NCBI GenBank assembly: GCA_964395055.1
Contig: CAYNAA010000004.1
Coordinates: 1,830-65,829 of the forward strand
From: an uncultured Candidatus Izemoplasmatales bacterium
Lineage (GTDB): Bacteria; Bacillota_I; Bacilli_A; Izemoplasmatales; Izemoplasmataceae
Reading direction: 5' to 3'
DNA length: 64,000 nt
The notes beneath the pieces were generated by a model. That model searched no databases. It saw nothing but the letters and a program-made list of their open reading frames with translations, and was not told the DNA's origin. Positions 39,914 through 50,700 of this stretch are shown here, in pieces (position 1 is the stretch's first letter; each line of letters begins with the position of its first letter). A program made the translations under genes and the position numbers.

Positions 39914-41253
39914 TTTCGTCCCTTTTTGTGCATGTGGTACATTACTGTTTTTCCAGAGTTTGCTAAGAACTTTAAATACCAACGATGATTAATATTGGCA
40001 AAACATTCTTTGATTTTACTTGTATTTATTGTTGAGTGACATGTTGGAAAACAAACTCCACCTCCCACTAACCATTGATGATCTTGTCTTCTATATTGTA
40101 ATCTTCGGGCTGTAAATTCTTCAGGAGTTAAATAACCTTGAACAGTTGGTTCTTCACAATCCGTCACAAAGGTTTTTTCAGCATAGGGAACAGGATATCC
40201 CCAATTCCAGCTATAAATATCAGCATAAACTGCGGGCGATAAAGGTTTAATTATATGGAATTTTAAAGGTCGTAATGACCAAGTAGTCGCAGGTAAAGGT
40301 ATTTCTAATTCTTCATCAGGAATATCAGCAGCATCTTGATCTTGTTTTGTATAAAATGCAAATAATAAACCTGGAGTTAGATCTTCTAAAGGAGGGTCTA
40401 TATAGGCTTTATATTTTCTCCATGTTTCACCATTTTCTTCCCAATCTTCCTGAATAACTATTCGCCTTACATTATGTTCAGTTATATTTATAACTTCATC
40501 GATATCATTTTTTTCAACCAAAATTATATCATAAGGAGGATTTAATAGTTCTGGCCATTTTGAAGGATGCTCAATATCTTCTTCTTCTTCAACCCACCCA
40601 TCAACATCTTTAGCTAAAAGGTTGATGTAAAGAATTATATTACCTGTTGTTTCAGCTATTTCAACACTATTTTGAATGATATAATCTTCATATTGTTCAT
40701 CGCTAATAAAAAGTGGAAGTTCATAGTCAATATATTCATCTACAGGACGTTCATAAAAACCAAAATATTTTGGCCCTTCAACATTAAGTATAAAACCTGG
40801 AGTAATAGTTAAAATATCTTCTTCAATATCGATCACTTTTACTTTATGAGTATCAGGAATGGGATCAGTAATTCTTAAATTACCTTCAGAATCTCGAACA
40901 ATAAGATATAAATAAAATGGTGTTTCAGAAGGAAAACACTGTAAAGCTTTTTTATCTACTCGATAATGAGTATCATCAATGACTTCTTTAATTATTGCAA
41001 AGTCAGCTAGGGCCGTTGTTGTATAATAAAATTCAGGTTGACTTTCCTTTAGCTCTCCATCTTCATATCTAACAGGATAAGATCGTTTACCTGGAGAATT
41101 ACGTGGCCCATAAGTTGCATAATATAGGTTTTGTGTTCTATCATATAACCAAACTGGTCCCCTCTCCCCATTTACCATTTCAGGATACCAAGAAGGGAGA
41201 CCAGTTTTTTCTCTAAAAATTAGAGATTTAGCTTCCGGCTGTGTCGAAGGCAT
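39910..41253 (-). CDS. tail structural protein (start uncertain, ATG 41253 preferred)
   Basis: The first 38 codons of the track ORF overlap the well-formed 98-aa ORF in another frame. MPSTQPEAK starts at 41253. Confidence 0.4.
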   Translation of the reverse strand: MPSTQPEAKSLIFREKTGLPSWYPEMVNGERGPVWLYDRTQNLYYATYGPRNSPGKRSYPVRYEDGELKESQPEFYYTTTALADFAIIKEVIDDTHYRVDKKALQCFPSETPFYLYLIVRDSEGNLRITDPIPDTHKVKVIDIEEDILTITPGFILNVEGPKYFGFYERPVDEYIDYELPLFISDEQYEDYIIQNSVEIAETTGNIILYINLLAKDVDGWVEEEEDIEHPSKWPELLNPPYDIILVEKNDIDEVINITEHNVRRIVIQEDWEENGETWRKYKAYIDPPLEDLTPGLLFAFYTKQDQDAADIPDEELEIPLPATTWSLRPLKFHIIKPLSPAVYADIYSWNWGYPVPYAEKTFVTDCEEPTVQGYLTPEEFTARRLQYRRQDHQWLVGGGVCFPTCHSTINTSKIKECFANINHRWYLKFLANSGKTVMYHMHKKGRK

Positions 41254-41524
41254 CGTAAAAAGCATCCATTTTACTATAAACTGTAGGATCAGGCATGTCC
41301 GCAGTATCCTCACGGATACTTGATAAAAATTCTGGAGGAATATCATCTCCTTGCCAATTTTCAACATAACTTTTCGTATTTTTGTATTTCAATACTTCTT
41401 GTCTCGCAGCTCTTAATGCATCAGAAATCGTGTTCAATTTTTGTAGCATAACTTCAGGATCAGCATCAATTATGGCCTCAACCCAGTCAGTTTTAGCTGA
41501 ACCAATCTGTGGATAAGTTTTCAT
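41228..41524 (-). CDS. virion-module protein with N-terminal YPQIG tag (98 aa)
   Basis: MKTYPQIGSAKTDW... Confidence 0.45.
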   Translation of the reverse strand: MKTYPQIGSAKTDWVEAIIDADPEVMLQKLNTISDALRAARQEVLKYKNTKSYVENWQGDDIPPEFLSSIREDTADMPDPTVYSKMDAFYDAFDTAGS

Positions 41525-41772
41525 CGTCCTTGTCTCCCGGGGGTAGGATTAACTTTTTCTGTTGCCTGGAAAGTGTCCACTGCTCTTTGAAAGGCTTGAT
41601 TTGTTCTTTGAATATCTAATTTATTTATAATCCCTTGTTTTTGATTAGGTGTAAGTTCAGCGAGCATACCTCTAATAATTCTTGTTTCTTGTAATTTACT
41701 TTTCAGTTTACGTAATTCATTTTCCAAATCCTCAATATCCTGTAACAATTTTTCACTATTTTCAATGCGCAT
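41521..41772 (-). CDS. coiled-coil protein (83 aa)
   Basis: Heptad-like LQDIEDLENELRKLKSKLQE. ATGA coupling. Confidence 0.45.
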   Translation of the reverse strand: MRIENSEKLLQDIEDLENELRKLKSKLQETRIIRGMLAELTPNQKQGIINKLDIQRTNQAFQRAVDTFQATEKVNPTPGRQGR

Positions 41773-41784
41773 GATCAGTGATCC

Positions 41785-44700
41785 TTATGCGGGTTGAATC
41801 CTTATGCCAAACAATTTGACATCATCCGTAAGATCATCACGAGTACATTTTAATCTAAAGATAAAGAATGGTCCATCTCCTTCTGGAGTAAAAGTATATT
41901 CTTTCTTCTCATAACCAAAAGTATTCCCATCAGATGTTGCTATCGCTGTTTCATCAGTTGGCCAATAAGTTTCAGCTTGAGAGGGAAAACCATCGGTAGG
42001 ATTTAATGCTTTTGCTCCGAAGTTCCAAAATAACCTTTCATCCTCAGATCCCCCATGCCAAAAGATTGTGAGTTTAAGTACGCCCCCTGCATATTCATCA
42101 GGTGGTGCAAAAGTCCACACATAGTATTCATCATCTGTTTCAGTAAGTTCTAAATGAGGGGCAACAAAATTCTTAAAAATATCAACTGGTCCATAGTTCA
42201 TTTCACCTAAGCGTCCTGCTTCTTGGGGAGCAAACCAATGTGACCATAATTTATTAACTGCTCCTACTCCGCCTTCAATAGTACCAGTAATCGTTGTTGT
42301 ACCATCTAAATTAACCCTATCATTGAAGTTAGTCTCATTTTCAACTTCAATTGGTCCACTTGCTGAATGTATAGGGGCACCAATTGTAATAATACTATCA
42401 GTTATCGATGTATTTCCAATTTCCAAATTCGGTAAAGAGAAAGACCCAACGGTAAGTGTTCCGTCAATATTTACATCTCCTGCAAAGATAGAAGTAACAC
42501 CTGTCCCTAATACTCGAATTTTTTCATCAGTTACAATTGTACCTTTTGCTTTTATCTCACCATTTTCATAAAGAGTTGCACCAGAATCCGCATATCCACT
42601 GCCGACTTGAATTTCATCGAAGGCAAATAATCCACCTGTATCATTGATGATAGAGCCACTTACAGTTAAATCACCTGCAATTTTGAGATCACCATTTGTA
42701 TAAATTGTAACTCCACCGTCATCGAAACCCTCAGTATTTCCTATGGGATTTATTTTAAGGTCGGTTTCACTTATAAAATCAAGATCACCAGTAAATGTTA
42801 AACTACCATAAAATTCACTAACTCCTTCCATCGTAAATTTAAGTTGATCAACACCATAATCAGATAACTTTAATTGATTATCATCACTGATCCGATAAGT
42901 TAATTCCCCTATATCTGGGTAATATCTAAGCCAATGGCCCTCTCCGCTGGTAATATATATATTATCTGGCTCTAATGTAATAGTATCACCAATAGTTAAA
43001 GTATTATTAACAGTCATGGTATCAACATTTTGATCTGCTGTACCACCTCCAATAATACTTCCATCGATCTCTAAATCTCCTGCGATTTTAATCTTTGTAT
43101 TTCCATCATCTGATATCGTTATACCGCTATTATTATATCCACCCAGAAAATGAACACTATTGGCAAAGTATACATGCCCAGCAAAATTACTATCTGTCCC
43201 CGAGTTAGTTTGATTTAATTTATCAAAAGTTATTTTTCCTACTCCACCTGTTTTTTCAATTATTACTAAACCATCGCCAATACTTAAATAATTAGCAATA
43301 TATACAGTCCAATTAAAGTCACTTCGATCATTGAATGTGGCTGTTCCATCTATTTCCAAATTCCCCGAAACATCTACTTCAAATTGGTTAGAATCTCCGA
43401 CTTGAAGAGTATCAAATACTCCTGTTGATCCACCTCCCCCTGAATTAATTGTCCCATCAACTGTTAAATCACCGCTAATTTGAATATTTCCATCCGCTGA
43501 AATTGATACCCCACCGCCAGTATAACCATAGTCACTTCCATCTTTACCAAGATCAATTCGAGCAGTATTAGATGGTAGAATAATATCTCCATTGTTGTAT
43601 CCTGTTATCCCTGCACTTGTGCCTACGATAACAGCACCGCCGCTAGGAGTATCCCCAGCAGAATCTGATCCAACATTTATTCTAGTAAGAGCACCAATTA
43701 AATCGTCAGTATGGATTCGTCCAGCAGATATAATTCGTCCGTCTTCATAAAGATCTGATCCACCATCGTCATAACCTCCACCAACAGTTAAGCTAGTGAA
43801 AGCATTACTGGGATTACTTGGATCAATTTCTGTGCCATTAAGAATTAATGATCCGTCTATAACTACGTCACCAGCATCTGTCATAGTAATATTACTACCA
43901 ATAGTTAATTGCGTATCTGTATGAATATTATTATTGGTTTGGAATAAGCCATTTGTTGATATCGTTGCACCGGCGCCGCCACCATATCCTCCACCAACAG
44001 CCAAACTTTCTACTGCACTTACATCTCCCCCATCCCAACCAATAATATCACCACCAATCTCAAGATCACCAGTTAATACTATTGTTCCGTCACTCTTAAT
44101 AATTACGCCAGTAGTTGTGTGGTCTCCTGCTTCAAGATTACCATCGGTTTGTACATTACCACCTGGAGTAACAGTTAAACCTGTATCACCATAACCTCCA
44201 TATAATAGGATATTAGTATTATTTGCTTCAAGATACTCCCCGCCAAGAATATTACCATCAGTGCTTAAATCTCCATTTCCATCTATTGTTAATCCTGTAT
44301 CACCATAACCCCCTCCAATAATAATACTATCAAACTCATTCCCGCCAGTTCCACTTCCACCATTAATAGTTCCATCGACAGTTAAATCACCTGCAATTTT
44401 TAGATCACCATTGGCTAAGATAGATACCCCTCCTTCATCATACCCATAGGAAGAATAATCTAGAATCCCGCCTATATGAATATCTTTCTTAAAGATACTA
44501 CGATCAGGTAAGAAAGTAAACCAATTACTTAAAGTATCATCAACAGTATAAAAACGAATTTCATGGACATCACTAGCTTCTGATCCTGGCGCATTATTAA
44601 AAGATATTTCTCCATTGATTCTTGACCCATCATATTTATGTGTAATTTCAGCATTATCATGTAAAAACCATATATGACAATTTCCACTTGCTCCTGTTTC

Positions 44701-47700
44701 ATGATCAATTCTTAAACCTTTATCCGTTACAAGATAACCATCAGTTTCTACACCATATGCACCTATCGTTGCTCCACCAATTCCACCATGATATCCCCAA
44801 GCTGCATGTATATCTGCACGTGCCCAAATTTCACCACCAACTTCTAATTTACTATTACTAGGAGTGTATTGCATCCCTTTGCCAGATACAGGGGAAGATT
44901 CTTCTTCATCATCATACCACTTATTTGTACCATAAAAATAGGTGTGATCTTTGAAAGAAGCAGTTCCTTCAATAATCAAATTACCATCTGCTTCAATGTC
45001 TCCAAGATGAGAAATTGTTACTCCTGTATCACCATAACCTCCGCCTACAGACAAACTATCAAAGGCACCTGTTTCTGCAATTGTTGTAGTGTGTGTGAAA
45101 GAAATCCAATTGGCCCCATCCCAGCCTTGCCAATCACCTTCTTGTAATAAAGTAACTTCGTCATCAACTTCTACATCTTGGAATAAGGCTGGGGAAATTT
45201 CTATTTCCCATAAACCTCCACCTAGATCACTAGAAGAAATTATTTGATATTTTGTAGGATCATCTTCAATTAATAATCTTGGTTCATCTACTTGTGTTTC
45301 AACGATTTCTACGGGGCCGTTCTTGATATAAATAGTTGTACTGTCAACAGGAAGAGAAGTATTAATTTGGGCTTTCACTGCACCCGTGTATCTCATTATC
45401 CCGCAAAAACGTTCATCAATATCATCGTTACCTATTCCAAGATATCCTCGTCCATAAAGAGTATTAATAATTAAATTATCTCTAATATTGAGACTACCAT
45501 TAACCAAAACATCTTGATTAAGGGAAATATGATGATGGTTAAATTCAGCTATATCAAAGCTACCCACAACTAATTGGTCAATAAATCCAATAGAAGGACA
45601 ATAAAACATATCATAAGCATTCAATACCCCATTAACTGAAATTGCTTCAGCACTGATAGCCTTATTAACAGTAATAGTATCTTGGCTAAAGTTAATGATT
45701 TTTTCTGGTTCAGCTTCAGGAGTCAAATAATAATTTAATTCTAATTCTTCTATATTGAGAGTTAATCCCCAAGCGGGAGCCGTTTCTTGACTAGAATCAC
45801 CTAGACGTAATTCCGTAGATAATTCGAGATATTGCCCACGAAGACCAGTATCTTCTATATAAGATAAATATTCCGTAGAATAAAAAGAATTTGTATCTGC
45901 GCTAAAGAATACCGCGGGCTGTTCATGAGAAGGATCAATTAAATTTCTTCCCATGGTAATATCCCACCATTGCTCAGTATCGTCAGATAAAGCTTGCTGA
46001 TAAGCTTTTAATCGATCAGACTCAAACTGAATTGCACCTAAATCATCTGCACCCCAAATTCCTGATAATTTTATTCCTGTTGAAGATGTTATATCATCTG
46101 CACTTAATGATCCACCTATTGAAGAATTATTAGCAACATTTAAATTATTGGATATATGTACCGTATTTGCACACCAAAGTTCAACATCAATCCATATACC
46201 ATCTCCATCAAGAGTTAAATGATCTGTTGCTACCCAATTATCCCCATCACTATATAAGAATTTTCCTGTGTGACTATCAGGATTTTGAAATGGTAAATGT
46301 CCAGTTAATGACACCCAACCAATATTCTCAATATATGCCTCATAATCATTTTGGTTATATCGTAGTTGACCCCCAGCAGCAATAGGTGGAGAAGACAGAT
46401 CTTCATAAGCCTTTAATTCAAAGACTTCATTGACAATGACTTTATCGTCTTGTAAATTTAGTACATTAGTAGGAAGCCATGCTTCAGAAGTAGCATCCCA
46501 ATGAGTTAATTGTCCATCTGTTGTACCTAAAGCAATATCTGTTTCTGTCTCGCCAATAATAATCCAATCAGTGCCATTTGGAGAGAATTTAAGATTAGTC
46601 CCATCGAAATAGAGTCGACCAACAGCAGCTCCAAATCCGGGACTAGTTTGTGCATTTAAATCAAGATATTGCTCCATTTCAATATTTTGTACAGAAAGTA
46701 ACTCAGTGTCAAAATCAAAAGTTAATAGATTTGTATTTCGATACTTACCACCCTCATAGTCAGGATCATAAATTACTGTTGATCCTTTTATTGGGGATTC
46801 TTCATTATTCCATATAGCTTGGCCATGGAAGCCTGCGGTAAATGATACCCATTGATAACCATCCCAACCTTCCCAGTCACCTCGGGATACGTTGCCAGGA
46901 GTTGAATAACGAATAGCACCAACAGGAATATATGGTCCGCCAGCTACATGACCTATACGAATATAACTACCGAATAATGCTTCTTCTGCACAGTATAAAC
47001 GGCTTGTATCTATTGAACCCGTGCCTAAAACTAGATCGCCCTCTTCAATAAAGACACTATCATTTAATACATCTACTCTACCAGCTATGATAACATCATT
47101 ATTTGCCTTTAATAAATCTCCAATTTCAACTTCACCATTTAATAAAGATTTACCCTGGTTAACTAATGGATGGGCAGGAATTGCTGATTCTGATCCAGTT
47201 TTAACACTTGATCCAGCGTCAACAGCTTCAGTTAATCCTGCATTAAGATGTAAAGTATCTGTTGGATCACCCTCAGCATTAGCTAAAATATACCAGTTAT
47301 CTGAAATTTTTACAGACATTCCTGCAGATAATTGTGAATCGAAATTCGTTACCTCTATTATAGTATCACCTGGATTATGGTCATTTACTGTCATCCCTGT
47401 TTCAGAAACTGTTCCTGGAAGTTCTGTACCTTCTCCAAATTCTGCTGTATCATACCCTAAACCTAAATGATAAGCAAATACCCCCCTCGTTTGCAGTAGC
47501 AATCCACCAGGTAATCCTTGTTCACTTTTGCTACGTATCTCAAAGCCATTAAAAATGAGATCATCGCCTTCATCTTGAGGCATTCGATAATGAATTTCAA
47601 AAATCTCTGATCTATCTGTTATCCCACCGGTACCCCGATCTTCTTCATCCGTTTTTATATGCCAGCCTTGACCTGTAGGTTTTTCATCATCATCATTTAC

Positions 47701-50700
47701 GCTGCCTAAAACTAGGTGTAACATTGTTGTTACTAAGCTATTACTAATATTTTCACCATATTCAGGATTAACTAATAACTCAGTAGTATTATACCACCAA
47801 TCTCCTTCTCGTTTTAGCATTTGACCAGTATATAATGGTAATTCTTCTCGAATAGGTGAAGTCAAGAAGGCCCATTCAGGACCATCTTCACGATCCACAC
47901 AAGCATAGAAATGATGATTTTCAGGATGATAGAATATTCTACCAGGGATTCTAGCAGGTCCATTTGCACCAATTAATGGGTCAACTTCAGCGTAACTTAA
48001 CCAAGGAGTAGCATCTCCAATAATAAGATCACCTGCACTTAGAGTCCGATCAACATCCAAATCTCCAGTAATAATAGTATCTTTATCAAGGGTAATTGAA
48101 TAATCTAAAAATGCTACATCGTGATATGTTTCCCAGTATGTCCCATTATAATATAAAATATCTCCCCGTTTTAACCAAGGATCACCTGATTCACGAGGTA
48201 ATACGCTTAAATGCCCTGTAAAGGATACCCAACCAATATCTTCTATAAATCCCTCAAAATCATTTTGGTTATATCGAATTTGCCCTGGTGTAGCAATAGG
48301 TCGAGGTAAAATTCCTTGTACTGTAATAATGGTATTGTCATTTACAGCTTCAACTAAACTTGGATCAATTTCAATAGCCGTGGTTATTGATCCATCATTT
48401 GTTACATCTATAATAGTATAAACTGTATCATCACCATAAAATTTGATTTCTTGATCTACGCTAAGAGTTTCTCCAAAACCATCTACAGCAATATTTGTAG
48501 CACCAATTTCATACCCACCAGTTTTATTAACTCTTCCCTGTGCATAAAAATCTTCATACTTTCCAATTTCAAGTAAGCGTAATTGTGTTTTTACACCATC
48601 ACTAATTAAAGAAGAATTGACGACCCAATCTGAGGCACCATTCCATCGTAATGTAGATCCCGAGATAGTACTAGATGGTAAGGATGGGCCGCTGTATGAT
48701 CCTGATAATTGAGTCCAAACACCAACATCTGTACAACCTTCAAATCGAGCAGTATCAGCATTGTATCGAATAGCTCCTAATACAGCTGCCGTAGAAGAAT
48801 TAGATGCGAGTTTGATGACACCAGTATTAGTTGTCTCAACGGAAGTATTCTTTAACCACTGCGATCCATCCCACCATAATATAGATCCATATGGATCAGA
48901 ATATTCACCATCTGCTAAAGATAAAGTAAAAGATCGCCAAACCGGACCACCTGGTGTATGGATACATCCCTGAAAATCCCCATTATATCGAATCATTCCA
49001 GGTGTATCCTCTATACCATCTAATTCCTCACCAATTTGGATAGTATGCTCAAAAGTGGCATTAGCTTCTACTAAAAGATCATTTTGAATATATTGATCTC
49101 CGTAAATACTTATCTTAACACGAGTGTCGTAAAAATCAATTGTTGTATTATCAGCAATAGCTTCAGTTAAACCATCTTTAATATAAATTTCGTCAGTTGG
49201 AACTCCATTTGCTTCAGTAATTTTATACCAATGATCTCCAATTTTTGCTTGACTTTCTGCTTCAATGATTTCTGTGCATCCAGTAATGGTAATAGCCGTA
49301 TCTACGCCATCCCCAATTTCATAATCTCCATCTACATTTGCCGAAATGATCGGGGTTTGATTAATTTCCTCTAATTGCCACCGTGTAAATTCTAAATTAG
49401 TTAAAATCGATAATCCAGCTACATCAGCTCTTAAATTAAAAAGCATCCCTTCATCTTGTAAATCAATTCTTGTCGTATTAAAAATACTACCCCCATCTCC
49501 ACCTTCACCTAGGAAATCAAAATTCGTCACAGTTAGAGTATTAATTATTGCTTCATGAATTTCAATATAGTTAGTTTCATTGGTACCAGTAATATACCCA
49601 TTTTCTCCTAAGTCGATTTTATTTGGATTTATTGTTCCAATACTAAATGAATCAGAGGCTGCATCTAAAATTATAGTTGTATCACCTGCAGTTAATTCTA
49701 ATGTTTGTGCAGCGATGGTGGTTGTATGAAGTTTGTTTGATGCGATCCAAAGAATATCACTCTCTTCCCATACAACACTACCTTCTCCATCATTTGTGGC
49801 CACCATGAAGTAACCAGGATTAGAAGGAGTAGGTACAGCAGCAGAAATAGGCCAACTATTCCATGATTCCCCATCATTCCATTGTAGTTCACTTAAAGTA
49901 TCATTCCATTTAATTGTTCCAGCTAATCCCGCACCCTCACCGATTTTGATTTCTGGAGTGTTCAGCTTTGAATCTTGAAAAGTTAGATCAGATCCAGCGG
50001 AAACCCAGACACCATCTGCATACATCAATGCGCCATCAACATCAGCACTAGGTAATCTTTGTTCCGGGATAGTATTGGTTAAAGAAACACGAATATATTC
50101 ATCACCATGTCGTAGAATTGCTTGAATATCATTATTTACATACTCAATTAAGCCACCTTGTAAAGGTGTAGAAGGATCTTTTTCCCCAATAACAATTGCA
50201 TTTTCAATTTTAACAACAGTAGGCTCAATAAGTAATTGTGTATTTGCTTGCCAATCTCCATCTTTATAATGAATACTTGCATATTGCGTACCTGCGTCTG
50301 CAAAAGTTACAGTATCCCCACCTAAAGTTTTCCATTCTCCTGCGATATATGCACGAAGTCCTAATGCTTCATCATAATATATTTGTCCATTATCTTCAGT
50401 AGGAACAGTTTCTGTAGGTACTAATCGTAATTGATTTGCTTCTATATTTCCTATGAAAGTGGTATCTTCAAAAAAGGTGTTTTCTAAGTGTGAGGTAAAA
50501 GTTGAATAGGAAATAGTAACCCCATTCATATTGAAACTGATATTACCACTTTCTAAGATGATTGCACTTGTTCCCGCTAATTCAATTACACCTAAATCTC
50601 GATCAAATCTATCATCCGCTGCAATTAATATATTCTCTTGAGATCTTAATTCTAAAGATCGACTCCATATATTTAAAGCTTGTTGGGTTGTTGGAATTTC

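Noticed and set aside
36466-41367. Long N-terminal extensions of track ORFs 36466-38673, 38432-39982 and 39910-41367 (also 17052-18059, 22257-22886, 10789-11193, 32629-33012)
   Set aside because: The extensions overlap the 3' ends of well-formed upstream genes by 70-240 nt and translate to hydrophobic or basic low-complexity sequence. Internal ATGs with SD sites and ATGA/TAATG stop-start overlaps give compact, conventional gene junctions.
46300-48310. Diversity-generating retroelement (template/variable repeat pair) inside the giant gene
   Set aside because: The two ~80-bp similar segments (near 46310-46390 and 48230-48310) differ by all substitution types rather than adenine-specific changes. 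Both are in frame within one ORF as paralogous protein repeats, and no reverse transcriptase is in the window.
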